Positions 33,399 through 43,238 are shown, counted from the stretch's first letter. The stretch is DNA of 53,322 nucleotides from an uncultured Methanosarcinales archaeon (GCA_964611745.1 CAZTBE010000004.1:1-53322), one strand, 5' to 3'. Notes: generated by a model not told the origin, from the sequence alone. Numbers and translations: made by a program.

Positions 33399-33854
33399 AT
33401 GGCACGAAAATACTCAAGAAAGCACGGCAAGAGCGGCTCAAAAAAACCCATCAAGAAAACTTTGCCTGTATGGTTAAGGTACAAGCCGCAGGAAGTTGAG
33501 CTTTTGATAGCTAAATTTGCAAAAGAAGGCAAAAGTTCTTCTGAACTGGGGATTATACTAAGGGATACATACGGAATCCCTGATGTAAGGCTTTTATGCA
33601 AGAAAAAAATCTCCCAAATCTTAAAAGAAAAAAAATTAGCTCAGGAGATTCCTGATGATTTATTAGCCTTAATAAGAAGGTCTGTTGCAGTAAGAAAACA
33701 CTTGGAAACAAACCATAAAGATGAAACCGCTAAAAGAGGCATTATCTTGACAGAATCAAAGGTAAAAGCGCTGACAAAGCATTACAAGAAAATAGGAAAA
33801 CTTTCTTCTGAATGGAAATTTGACCCAGAAAGGGCAGGATTCTTTACAAAGTAA
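33399..33854 (+). CDS. rps15: 30S ribosomal protein uS15 (S13e type)
   Basis: MARKYSRKHGKSGSKKP is the typical N-terminus. The 151-aa archaeal/eukaryal form includes LLALIRRSVAVRKHLETNHKD. Confidence 0.9.
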   Translation: MARKYSRKHGKSGSKKPIKKTLPVWLRYKPQEVELLIAKFAKEGKSSSELGIILRDTYGIPDVRLLCKKKISQILKEKKLAQEIPDDLLALIRRSVAVRKHLETNHKDETAKRGIILTESKVKALTKHYKKIGKLSSEWKFDPERAGFFTK

Positions 33855-33857
33855 GTA

Positions 33858-34772
33858 TTAAAGTGCCATCTCATTAATCCTATCAACAACCTCATTAATA
33901 GTAATATCAGGAGTAGAAGCACCGGCAGTTACACCAACATTTTCTTTGCCATCAAACCATTCTTTTTCCAGCTGCTCTGCTGACTGTATAAAATAAGTTT
34001 CCACACCAAATTCTTTGCTTTTTGCAACCAGTTCCTTGGAATTGCTTGAGTTCTTTCCTCCAATAACTATCATAACATCTGCTTTTTTCGCAATCTCCTC
34101 TGTATCTGATTGCCTTTGCTTAGTAGGATTGCATATAGTATCCACAAAAACAAAATTTTTATCCACATCTTTAAAGTTTAAATGCAATTCCTCAAATTTA
34201 TTATCAAAAATTTTGTTTATATTATCAACTAATTGTTTATACCCTGTTACTGACATTGTTGTCTGAGAAATCAAAGCAACCTTGCCAAAATTATTCTTAG
34301 TAATATAATCAACAACAGAAGCAGCATCTCCAGGATTTTCAACTATAAATGTATCCTTACCATTAATATAATAACTTGTTCCTATAGATTCCGGATGATT
34401 TTTCTTGCCAAATATAATAACCCCATAGCCATTATTTTTTAACTTAATTGCAGCATTATGCACTAATTTTACTAATGGACATGTTGCGTCTTTAAGATTT
34501 TCTCCTGAAATGTTTTTTTGCTTTAATTTTTCATAAGTTGTTCCAGGCTCTCCATGCGCCCTTAAAACAGTGACAGCATTTTCTGGAATGCCCTCAATAT
34601 TTTCCACAAATTCTATTCCTTTTTCTTCCAAATCCTTAATAACCCTTTCATTATGCACAAGCTGCCCATAAACATACGTTTTTCCATCTTTTAATGCAGT
34701 TTCCTCTGCTATTTCAATTGCCTTTTTGACTCCGGAACAGAAGCCTGCATGACTTGCTACTATAATTTTCAT
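33858..34772 (-). CDS. ispH: 4-hydroxy-3-methylbut-2-enyl diphosphate reductase (IspH/LytB)
   Basis: The three conserved cluster cysteines lie in their usual contexts (GFCSGV, ATCPLV, TICNPT). The protein is 304 aa. Confidence 0.85.
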   Translation of the reverse strand: MKIIVASHAGFCSGVKKAIEIAEETALKDGKTYVYGQLVHNERVIKDLEEKGIEFVENIEGIPENAVTVLRAHGEPGTTYEKLKQKNISGENLKDATCPLVKLVHNAAIKLKNNGYGVIIFGKKNHPESIGTSYYINGKDTFIVENPGDAASVVDYITKNNFGKVALISQTTMSVTGYKQLVDNINKIFDNKFEELHLNFKDVDKNFVFVDTICNPTKQRQSDTEEIAKKADVMIVIGGKNSSNSKELVAKSKEFGVETYFIQSAEQLEKEWFDGKENVGVTAGASTPDITINEVVDRINEMAL

Positions 34773-34986
34773 TTTATTATTGATACTATTTTTTATTAGT
34801 GTTTAATTTTATTTATTGTATTGTTTTTTAATTATTGTTTTATTATTTTATTGATTATTTTTTATTATAAACTTTTTAATGAATATTGAATTATTATTTT
34901 TCATTGAATTTTATTTATTGAATTATTTCTAATGAATTTTTATTATTATATTTTAATTATTGAATTAACTTTATTATACTCCTAAG
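34773..34986. repeat. T-rich low-complexity intergenic spacer of the TTAATTATTG family
   Basis: TTAATTATTG occurs at 34828 and 34953. TTATTG occurs six times on the + strand within 214 bp. Confidence 0.5.
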
Positions 34987-35202
34987 TTATTGCTTTTTAG
35001 TTCTTTTAAACCCTCCAGCTTTATACGGCGTATACCTTCCTTTCTCTTTCTGAGACTCTTTTTCTTCAGGATAAACATCATATTGCCTGCTCTCATCAAA
35101 ACCACAATTATTGCAAACAACACATTTAATGCCTATATAACTAATTATTTTTACATCATCTGACTTGCAATTAGGACATAATTTTCTATTTTTAGTATTC
35201 AT
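34987..35202 (-). CDS. Small zinc-ribbon protein
   Basis: Two CxxC pairs are present (CPNCKS...CVVCNNCG), with a basic C-terminus. The start is set at MNTKNRK to avoid overlapping the ferredoxin gene. Confidence 0.4.
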   Translation of the reverse strand: MNTKNRKLCPNCKSDDVKIISYIGIKCVVCNNCGFDESRQYDVYPEEKESQKEKGRYTPYKAGGFKRTKKQ

Positions 35203-35251
35203 AGAACGAATTAACATATATTGATTTATTAAGGTTTTTATAATTAAAGAA

Positions 35252-35524
35252 CTAAATAATCTTCTCCCCATTATCTTTCTTAATTATATGTATAACATTT
35301 ACCGGGCATGAATCTGCTGCATCTTTGTTTATTTGAAAATCCTTTTCCTCAATATCACGTTCCTGCCATCCATTATCTTTACTTTTGCCACCCTTAATAT
35401 CAGATTTACCATCATCATTCATCTCCCAGAAATCCGGAGCAACTGCTTCGCAAGCAGCACATCCAATACAATTAGGCCTGTCATGTTGTAATTTATATTC
35501 CTTTTCTTCTCCCATTTTTATCAA
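35252..35524 (-). CDS. Small single-cluster ferredoxin-like protein
   Basis: CIGCAACEAVAP plus a distal SCPVNVI give a mono-cluster ferredoxin pattern. Confidence 0.55.
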   Translation of the reverse strand: MIKMGEEKEYKLQHDRPNCIGCAACEAVAPDFWEMNDDGKSDIKGGKSKDNGWQERDIEEKDFQINKDAADSCPVNVIHIIKKDNGEKII

Positions 35525-35549
35525 AGAAATAAACAGCCCATATATAAAT

Positions 35550-37076
35550 TTAATGCCTAAACAATCTAATACCTGTAAAAACCATACTCATACCATACTC
35601 ATTAACAGCATCTATGACTTCCTTATCTCTTATTGAGCCTCCTGGTTGTATAATAGCAGTTATTCCGGCTTTTGCAGCCTCATCAATTCCATCTTTGAAA
35701 GGAAAAAAAGCATCTGAAGACATTACAGAGCCTTTTGAAGCGCCTTTTGACTTGTCTGCAGCTATCTTAACAGCATCTACCCTTGATGTCTGTCCTGCAC
35801 CAATGCCTGTTGTCACATTATCTTTTACAAAAACTATTGAATTGGATTTGACATGCTTGTTCACTTTAAATGAAAAAATCATATCCTCAATTTCTTTTTT
35901 TGTTGGTTTTCTTTTGCTTACAACCTTAAGATTCTTTTTAGATATTTTCAAATGATCTCTTGTTTGCACCAATAATCCCCCAGTCACTTTTGTCATATAA
36001 TAACCAGGACAGGGCTTTGTCATTGTTCCGGTTTCCATTAGCCTTACGTTTTTCTTTTCCTTTAAAATAGCTAAAGCATCCCTCTCAAATTTAGGGCAGA
36101 TGATAACCTCTATAAAGCACTTTTTCATTGCCTCAACTGTTTTTTTATCACAATTCCTGTTTAAAGCAACAATAGAGCCAAAAGCTGATAAAGGGTCAAC
36201 ACACAATGCTGCTTTGTATGCTTCATCAATAGTTTTTCCTGAAGCAATACCACAAGGATTATTATGCTTTATTATGGCTGCAGTAGGTTCATTAAACTCT
36301 TTTATCAACTCAAAAGCATTTTCCATGTCTAGTATATTATTGTAAGACAATTCTTTTCCATGCAATTGTTTGGAATTAGTGATGCAGCATTCACCAATAA
36401 AAGGATCCTCATAGAAAGCTCCTTCCTGATGCGGGTTTTCCCCATACCTTAGTTCCTGCTTTTTCTTAAAAGTTAAGTTAAACGTATCAGGAAACTTTTC
36501 TTTTCCAAATTTCTCATTGAAATACTGGTTTATTATTGCATCATATCTTGCAGTATGCTCAAAAGCCTTTAATGCCAGGTTTTGTTTTAATTCATTACTT
36601 ATTTTTTTCTTATTTAATTTTTCTAATATGTCACTATAATCTTTAGGGTCTACTATTGCTAGAACATCATTAAAATTTTTGGCAGCAGCCCTTACAATTG
36701 ATGGCCCGCCAACATCTATATTCTCAATAGCCTCACTAAAACTAGAATTTTTGCCTATAGTTTCCTCAAAAGGATAAAGATTAACAACAACAATATCTAT
36801 TAAGTCAATATTATTTTCCTTTAATTCTTTCATATGCTTTTTATTGTTCCTTAAAGCCAGAATCCCACCAAAAATTTTTGGATGCAAACTCTTTACTCTA
36901 CCACCCATCATCTCCTTGTTCCCAGTATAATCAGAAATCTGCGTCACAGGAATCTTGTTTTTTTGCAGTAATTTAGCAGTCCCGCCTGTTGATAATATCT
37001 TTATTCCTAAATTATGTAAACCTTGTGCAAATTCAACAATCCCTTCCTTGTTTGATACTGATATTAAAGCATTCAT
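35550..37076 (-). CDS. purH: Bifunctional AICAR transformylase / IMP cyclohydrolase
   Basis: The MGS-like N-domain is present (ALISVSNKEGIVEFA, STGGTAK). The C-terminal AICARFT domain ends in FTGIRLFRH. The protein is 508 aa. Confidence 0.95.
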   Translation of the reverse strand: MNALISVSNKEGIVEFAQGLHNLGIKILSTGGTAKLLQKNKIPVTQISDYTGNKEMMGGRVKSLHPKIFGGILALRNNKKHMKELKENNIDLIDIVVVNLYPFEETIGKNSSFSEAIENIDVGGPSIVRAAAKNFNDVLAIVDPKDYSDILEKLNKKKISNELKQNLALKAFEHTARYDAIINQYFNEKFGKEKFPDTFNLTFKKKQELRYGENPHQEGAFYEDPFIGECCITNSKQLHGKELSYNNILDMENAFELIKEFNEPTAAIIKHNNPCGIASGKTIDEAYKAALCVDPLSAFGSIVALNRNCDKKTVEAMKKCFIEVIICPKFERDALAILKEKKNVRLMETGTMTKPCPGYYMTKVTGGLLVQTRDHLKISKKNLKVVSKRKPTKKEIEDMIFSFKVNKHVKSNSIVFVKDNVTTGIGAGQTSRVDAVKIAADKSKGASKGSVMSSDAFFPFKDGIDEAAKAGITAIIQPGGSIRDKEVIDAVNEYGMSMVFTGIRLFRH

Positions 37077-37257
37077 TTTGATTAATTTTTATTCAATATT
37101 TTTTCATTATTAATTTTCAATTTTTTATCTATTTTTCCTTTCTTTTTATTTTTTTAATTATAATTTTAATCATTGTTTTTAATTTATTTTTCGGTTGAAT
37201 TATTATTAATCATTGTTTATTTTTCATTGGAAATTTTATTGTTTTATCTTTATTGTT
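37077..37257. repeat. T-rich low-complexity intergenic spacer (same compositional family)
   Basis: CATTGTTT, GGTTGAAT and TTTATTGTTTTA units recur. The spacer lies between purH and purN. Confidence 0.4.
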
Positions 37258-37878
37258 TTAATCCAATATTGTTACTTTACCACCATTTACTTTTATCCTC
37301 CCTTCATCATACAATTTCAAGGCCTTAACAATAACTTCCTGCTCAGCCTTCTGCACTTTTGCCTTTAAGCTTTCAATAGTTTCATTTTTCTCTACATTAA
37401 CTTTCTTCTGCAGAATTATAGGGCCAGAATCAACACTTTCATCAACAAAATGCAGCGTACAACCAGTTTCTTTTACACCAGCCTTAAGGACTTCTGCATG
37501 CACATCTTTGTCCATACCACCAGCAAATGCTGGCAATAAAGAAGGATGTATATTCATTATTTTATTTTTGTATTTATTTACAAACCAGGAACTTAAAATC
37601 CTCATATAACCTATAGCCAGAATTAAATCAACATCATGTTTTTCTAGTTCTTTGGAAACTTCCCTGTCAAAATCTTCTCTTTCCTTGCCTTTAGAATTAA
37701 TAAAAACAGCCTCAATATTATGTTTTCTAGCCCTTTCCAAAGCATAAGCATCTTCCTTATTAGAAATAACAACAGAAATCTTGATATTTAACTCTTTAGC
37801 TTCTGTAGCATCAATTACTGCCTGCAAATCACTTGCTTTTGTAGATGCCAAAACCCCGATGTTCATAATCATAACCAC
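37258..37878 (-). CDS. purN: Phosphoribosylglycinamide formyltransferase
   Basis: NIHPSLLPAFAG and GCTLHFVDESVDSGPII are PurN motifs. The true start may be a few codons downstream (MNIGVLAS). Confidence 0.9.
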   Translation of the reverse strand: MVMIMNIGVLASTKASDLQAVIDATEAKELNIKISVVISNKEDAYALERARKHNIEAVFINSKGKEREDFDREVSKELEKHDVDLILAIGYMRILSSWFVNKYKNKIMNIHPSLLPAFAGGMDKDVHAEVLKAGVKETGCTLHFVDESVDSGPIILQKKVNVEKNETIESLKAKVQKAEQEVIVKALKLYDEGRIKVNGGKVTILD

Positions 37879-37919
37879 CGGTAAGAATCAGAATTTATAG
37901 GGATTTATAAATGTTTGTG

Positions 37920-38768
37920 TTAGAAATTTACGCCTTTCCTAAGCTCCATTGCCTTCAAAGTATTATCCAGCAACATAGTTATTGTCATAGGTCCAACACC
38001 CCTAGGTACAGGAGTTATATAGCCAGCAACTTCCTTAACATTTTCAAAATCAACATCTCCAGCTAGACCAGAAGGAGTCCTGTTGATGCCAACATCAATT
38101 ACTATAGCACCTTTCTTGACCATACCTTTCTTGATCATCCTTGCTTTTCCAACAGCAACAACTAAAATATCTGCATTCTTTGTATGTTCAGATAAATTTT
38201 TTGTTCTTGAATGGCATATAGTAACAGTAGCGTTTTCCTGTAGCAACAACAAAGCAGTAGGCTTCCCCACTATGCTGCTTCTCCCAACTACAACAGCATT
38301 TTTACCCTCAATTTTAACACCAGTTGATTTAATCAGCTCCATACAAGCCCTGGCAGTTGCCGGCAGTAATCTGTTATCATCATTTACCAAATTTCCTAAA
38401 CTTACCGGAGTAAATCCATCAACATCCTTATGAGGCAATATGGAATCAATAATAAAAGTCTCATCTATTTGCTTTGGTAAAGGAAGCTGCACAATAAATC
38501 CATGAATCTTCTTGTTTTGGTTTAATTCATCAATCAGCTTAAGCAGCTCATCCTGTTTTATATCTTCTTTAAGATTATGCCTTTCAACATAAAATCCAAG
38601 TTTATTGGCTTTTTTTTCCTTTAGCCCAACATAAATCTCAGAAGCAGGATTATTTCCGACAAGAACTATCGCCAAGCCAGGTTTTTCTTTTGACACATTA
38701 ACCCTTTTAGTAATATCATCAAGAAACTTATCTGCTACCTGCTTACCTTCAATAATTTTAGCAACCAT
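37920..38768 (-). CDS. folD: Bifunctional 5,10-methylene-THF dehydrogenase / methenyl-THF cyclohydrolase
   Basis: LVGNNPASEIYV, VVGRSSIVGKP and TPVPRGVGPMTI are FolD motifs. Confidence 0.95.
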   Translation of the reverse strand: MVAKIIEGKQVADKFLDDITKRVNVSKEKPGLAIVLVGNNPASEIYVGLKEKKANKLGFYVERHNLKEDIKQDELLKLIDELNQNKKIHGFIVQLPLPKQIDETFIIDSILPHKDVDGFTPVSLGNLVNDDNRLLPATARACMELIKSTGVKIEGKNAVVVGRSSIVGKPTALLLLQENATVTICHSRTKNLSEHTKNADILVVAVGKARMIKKGMVKKGAIVIDVGINRTPSGLAGDVDFENVKEVAGYITPVPRGVGPMTITMLLDNTLKAMELRKGVNF

Positions 38769-38956
38769 CTTTTTATTAACAATATTTTATTTTTTAAAAT
38801 TTATTATTAATTATTATTCTAATTGATTTTTATTATTGTTTTAATGTGTTTCTCATTTTTTATTGATATTTTTTAATTGATGGAAACTTATTATTATCAT
38901 TCTTTTTTATTGTTTTTAATTAAATGGAAAATTTTATTGTATTTTTGTTTATTGTA
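38769..38956. repeat. T-rich low-complexity intergenic spacer (same family)
   Basis: TTATTATTG, TTTATTGAT and TTTATTGTACT (38948-38958) units are present. The spacer lies between glyA and folD. Confidence 0.45.
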
Positions 38957-40255
38957 CTATTTCAATAGATCCATCCCAGGATACAAAGGAAACCTTTTGC
39001 ACAGCTCCAAAATATCCTTCCTAACTTTTTCAATAACTTTATCATCATCCAAATTGTCAATTACTTTTGCTATGCTTTCTCCAACAACCGTCATTTCAGA
39101 TTCTTTAAATCCCCTTGTTGTTACAGCCGGGCTTCCCAATCTTATACCTGATGGATGAAAAGGGCTTCCAGGCTCATAAGGAATAGTATTTTTATTTACA
39201 GTTATCCCTGCTTTATCTAAAGCATTTTGCACTTCTTTTCCCTTTCCAGTTAAGCCTTTGTTAACAAGCTTAATGACCATCAAATGATTATCAGTACCAT
39301 TAGTTACTAATTCCAAACCCTTAGACATTAAAGTATCTGCAAGTGCTTTTGCATTCTTGACAATTTGTTTGCAATAAACCTTAAATTCAGGCTTTAAATC
39401 TTCCAAAAACGCTACTGCTTTTGCTGCAGTAACATGATCGTGAGGTCCTCCTTGTAACCCAGGAAAAACTGCAGAATCAATTTTTTGTGCCAGATTTTTC
39501 TTGCCATTTTTGTCAAACTTATCCTCAGTCTTGCACATTATCATGCCTCCTCTTGGGCCTCTTAATGTTTTATGTGTTGTAGTTGTGACAACATCTGCAT
39601 ATGGTACTGGACTTTCATGGACACCTGTTGCGCACAAACCAGCAATGTGAGCAATATCTGACATATGATAAGCACCTACTGAATCACAAATTTCCTGAAA
39701 CGCTTTAAAGTCCAATTTCCTGGGATAAGCAGTCAATCCGGAAATTATAAGTTTTGGCTTTGACTTTTTTGCTTCTTTTTTAATAGCATCATAATCTAAA
39801 AGTTCTGTTTTCTTGTCAACATTATATGATATACATTTATAGTTCTTGCCAGAAAAATTTACAAAGCTTCCATGTGTTAAATGTCCTCCAGCATTAAGGT
39901 CAAGACCCATAAAAGTATCTCCAAGCTTTAGCAAAGCAAAGAAAACCGCCATATTAGCCGGACTTCCTGAATAAGGCTGCACATTAACATGCTCAGCACC
40001 AAACAATTTTTTTGCCCTTTCTATTGCCAAATCCTCAGCCATATCAACAATCTCATTGCCGCCATAATATCTCTTATGAGGATAACCTTCAGAATACTTG
40101 TTTGTAAGAACAGAACCCATTGCCTGCAGAACCGCTTTGCTGACCACATTCTCAGAAGGAATTAGCTCAACACCTTCTCTTATTCTTTTGCCTTCTTTTT
40201 TAATTATATCATTCATCTCTGGGTCAGTCTTTTCAATAGAATCCATCATATCCAT
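38957..40255 (-). CDS. glyA: Serine hydroxymethyltransferase
   Basis: The PLP-lysine region is [14 protein letters not shown], with YSGSPAN and [13 protein letters not shown] also present. Confidence 0.95.
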   Translation of the reverse strand: MDMMDSIEKTDPEMNDIIKKEGKRIREGVELIPSENVVSKAVLQAMGSVLTNKYSEGYPHKRYYGGNEIVDMAEDLAIERAKKLFGAEHVNVQPYSGSPANMAVFFALLKLGDTFMGLDLNAGGHLTHGSFVNFSGKNYKCISYNVDKKTELLDYDAIKKEAKKSKPKLIISGLTAYPRKLDFKAFQEICDSVGAYHMSDIAHIAGLCATGVHESPVPYADVVTTTTHKTLRGPRGGMIMCKTEDKFDKNGKKNLAQKIDSAVFPGLQGGPHDHVTAAKAVAFLEDLKPEFKVYCKQIVKNAKALADTLMSKGLELVTNGTDNHLMVIKLVNKGLTGKGKEVQNALDKAGITVNKNTIPYEPGSPFHPSGIRLGSPAVTTRGFKESEMTVVGESIAKVIDNLDDDKVIEKVRKDILELCKRFPLYPGMDLLK

Positions 40256-40354
40256 AAAACCACCTTAAAATTTTAATAATTAACTTTATTTAAATAGTTT
40301 TTGTTAGCAACTAGGTAAAATATTTTGCAAAACCAAAATTTTATAAATAACAAA

Positions 40355-40909
40355 ATGCAGTATTCCTTTATGGTTGAAAAAAAGAGGGTGGTATCCGATC
40401 GTTTTGCATCAGTATTGAGAGAAACTTCCTTTCTAGGAGACGCTTTGAAATTAAAAATGGAAAAGTATCTTCTTACTGTCAATATATCACATTTCATTGC
40501 GACTATATCTGGTGTTGTTTTAACAGTATCACTTGGTAAGATGACTACTAGCGAATTTACTACCCTACCACCTATTGTTAAGTTTGGAATAGTAAGTATT
40601 GTAGCCGCTTCCCTTGCCACAATCGTAGTCACTTTGTTGACTGTAGAGCCGGTATTTAAAAAGGATAGAGATTCAAATACATTTGATTATGGTACTAAAC
40701 TAACTGAACTTTCAAGAAAAGATTACATTGAGACGATAAGAAAAAATTTAGAAAAAAAGGAAAATATGATAAGTTCTTATGGCCACGAACTTCATAAGCT
40801 TGATATGACTATATTGCATCGTTTTAAGATGATAAAATCTGCTATAGCCATGTTTTTAGTGGGTATAATCTTAGGAGGTATGCTAATAATTGTATCTACA
40901 TTTATTTAA
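40355..40909 (+). CDS. Three-TM membrane protein resembling stand-alone Pycsar-effector/DUF5706-type (PycTM-like) proteins
   Basis: Two N-terminal TM helices are followed by a cytosolic segment (SNTFDYGTKLTELSRKDYIETIRK...HRFKMIKSAIAMFLVG) and a C-terminal TM helix. The assignment is by remembered family pattern only. The start is ambiguous (ATG 40355 or 40370; the listed ORF uses TTG 40325). Confidence 0.3.
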   Translation: MQYSFMVEKKRVVSDRFASVLRETSFLGDALKLKMEKYLLTVNISHFIATISGVVLTVSLGKMTTSEFTTLPPIVKFGIVSIVAASLATIVVTLLTVEPVFKKDRDSNTFDYGTKLTELSRKDYIETIRKNLEKKENMISSYGHELHKLDMTILHRFKMIKSAIAMFLVGIILGGMLIIVSTFI

Positions 40910-41708
40910 TCATAGAATTTTTTGTTAACAAGTTGTAATTCCACTCATTTATCTTATACTTTTCCTTCACTAACTTCTCAGATAATCTTATCTCTTCATT
41001 AGTCAAAGAACCATCAATCATTTCAAAATTAAAATTTTCTTTAAAACCATACTTTATTGCTTCAGAAATTTTATTATAATTAATTATTTTGTTTATTTCA
41101 TTTTTTATTGAAGTTATTCTTTTTTGTAAGTTTTCAATATTGTCAATTGTATTGGTTTTATTGAATAATGAATTATTTTTATTGTAGTCAAAATCCATAA
41201 GTATTGGACCATGCTGCAATATCTTTCCATCCATCCTTCTTTGCGCTGAACCAGATATTTTTCTGCCATTAACTAACAATTCATACCAATTAGAACTGTT
41301 AAAGCAAATAGAAGTTGCAATCTTTTCAGGAACTTTTTTTATTTCTGCATTAATATTAATCTTTTTCAATGCAATAACTAATGCATTTGCTATTATTCTA
41401 TACGATTCATTAACTTCAAATGGAAGCAAACCATTGTTTTCCGGCAAAATAAAGCTGTAAGTAATTTCCTTGTCATGAAAAACCGCTTTACCTCCAGTTA
41501 TTCTTCTTACAATATCAATATTGTTCTTTTTACATTCATCAATATTAATCTCTTTTTCAATATCTTGATTATACCCAACAGAAACAGCTTTTGGATTCCA
41601 TGAATAAACTCTCAATATTGGCATAGAGCAATTTAATGTTAGAGCCTCATCTATAGCCATGTTTGTATAAGCATCATTAGCTCCTGTGTTAATAAAGCGG
41701 CATTGCAT
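40902..41708 (-). CDS. lplA: Lipoate-protein ligase / octanoyltransferase family protein
   Basis: RRITGGKAVFHD and GRKISGSAQRR (catalytic Lys region) are present. Confidence 0.8.
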   Translation of the reverse strand: MQCRFINTGANDAYTNMAIDEALTLNCSMPILRVYSWNPKAVSVGYNQDIEKEINIDECKKNNIDIVRRITGGKAVFHDKEITYSFILPENNGLLPFEVNESYRIIANALVIALKKININAEIKKVPEKIATSICFNSSNWYELLVNGRKISGSAQRRMDGKILQHGPILMDFDYNKNNSLFNKTNTIDNIENLQKRITSIKNEINKIINYNKISEAIKYGFKENFNFEMIDGSLTNEEIRLSEKLVKEKYKINEWNYNLLTKNSMIK

Positions 41709-41745
41709 TTTTTATTAATTATTTTTAGAATTTTATTTTTATTAA

Positions 41746-42678
41746 TTATTGTTTAATTAGTTTTATTGAATTTTTTATTATTGTACTCAACCTATCAGCC
41801 CTATAAGAGCTCCTAACCAAAGGCCCTGCCTCAACATGCTTAAAACCCATTTTCATTCCAATTTTCTTCAATTCCTCAAATTCTTCTGGCTTGTAATATC
41901 TCTCAATATTAACATGTTTCTCAGAAGGCTGTAAATATTGCCCTAACGTTAAAAAATCAACATCATTATTCCTTAAATCCTGCATTGTTTCAATAATTTC
42001 TTCTTTTGTTTCTCCCAATCCTAAAATAATACTTGATTTTGTTTTGATATTTTTATTAATTTTTTTTATTGTTTTAAATAATTGTAATGAAAGCTCGTAA
42101 TTACCCCTTTTTCTTACTTCTAAAAAAACTCTCTTAACAGCTTCTATATTATGTCCTAAAACATCCGGCCTTGCATTGATTATTTTTTTTAGTGCGTCAA
42201 TGTTTATTTTAGTATCGATATTGTTTTTATTATCATTGTTGCTATTTACTTTTAAATCAGGTATTAATAACTCAATTTTGCAATTTGGATTTAATTTTTT
42301 AATCTCTTTTATTGTATCAACATATATTGAAGCACCACCATCCTCTAAATCATCTCTTGTTACAGAAGTAATTACAACATACTTTAAATTCAATTTCTTA
42401 ACTGCTTGCGAAACTTTTTTTGGCTCTTCCAGATCCAATTCATAAGGTTTTCCTGTCTTAACATTACAATAACCGCAATATCTTGTGCAAACATCCCCTA
42501 AAATAAGAAATGTAGCAGTACCATGGCTCCAGCATTCAGATAAATTTGGGCACTTAGCTTCCTCGCATATAGTATGCAATCTATTAGTTTTTACCAGGCT
42601 TTTAACTCTACCATATTTTTCTCCAGTTGGCATCTTAATCTTAAACCAATCTGGTTTTCTTTGAATTACTAATTGCAT
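41746..42678 (-). CDS. lipA: Lipoyl synthase
   Basis: The auxiliary cluster is CEEAKCPNLSECW and the radical SAM motif is CTRYCGYCNV. The C-terminal ~13 codons (STIIKNSIKLIKQ) are encoded by spacer-family sequence. Confidence 0.95.
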   Translation of the reverse strand: MQLVIQRKPDWFKIKMPTGEKYGRVKSLVKTNRLHTICEEAKCPNLSECWSHGTATFLILGDVCTRYCGYCNVKTGKPYELDLEEPKKVSQAVKKLNLKYVVITSVTRDDLEDGGASIYVDTIKEIKKLNPNCKIELLIPDLKVNSNNDNKNNIDTKINIDALKKIINARPDVLGHNIEAVKRVFLEVRKRGNYELSLQLFKTIKKINKNIKTKSSIILGLGETKEEIIETMQDLRNNDVDFLTLGQYLQPSEKHVNIERYYKPEEFEELKKIGMKMGFKHVEAGPLVRSSYRADRLSTIIKNSIKLIKQ

Positions 42679-43238
42679 CTTAAAACCCTTCTTTCAGTTA
42701 TTATAACATCAACAGGAACATCGTGTTTTTCCTCGGCTATTTCATCAACTAACTGAAATTCAAAAGCAATCCCAATTTTTTTGACTTTTTTATCTAACTT
42801 TTTAAGAAATCTGTCATAATACCCATAACCATAACCTATTCTATGACCATTTTGATCAAAAACTATTCCAGGTAATATTATCAAATCAAGCTTTTTATGA
42901 TTGAATTCTCTGATGTAATTTTCCTTTGGCTCCAAAATCCCAAAAGTTTTTGCCGCAAGTTCATTGAAATTTTTTAATTCAGAAAGCTGTAATATAGGAT
43001 TATTCTTTACAACATAAGGAACTACAATATTTTTTTCTTTATTAATTAATAATTCCTTAATCATTTCCTGAGTATCAACTTCATTATTGAAAGAAACATA
43101 CAACATAATATTTTTTGCTTTTTTAAATTCATTTAAAGAATACAATTTTTCTTTTATTTCAGAACTTTTTTCCTTAATCTCTTCTTTAGAAAGATTTTTT
43201 CTTTTCCCGGATATTTCTGATTTAAGGGTTTGTTTCAT
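42669..43238 (-). CDS. 5-formyltetrahydrofolate cyclo-ligase
   Basis: YVSFNNEVDT, PGIVFDQNGHRIGYGYGYYDRFL and HDVPVD are family motifs. Confidence 0.85.
   Translation of the reverse strand: MKQTLKSEISGKRKNLSKEEIKEKSSEIKEKLYSLNEFKKAKNIMLYVSFNNEVDTQEMIKELLINKEKNIVVPYVVKNNPILQLSELKNFNELAAKTFGILEPKENYIREFNHKKLDLIILPGIVFDQNGHRIGYGYGYYDRFLKKLDKKVKKIGIAFEFQLVDEIAEEKHDVPVDVIITERRVLRCN

Noticed and set aside
40273-40632. A 119-aa minus-strand ORF lies opposite the membrane-protein gene.
   Set aside because: It is a shadow ORF overlapping 40355-40909. Part of it covers the glyA promoter region, and its translation has no motifs.
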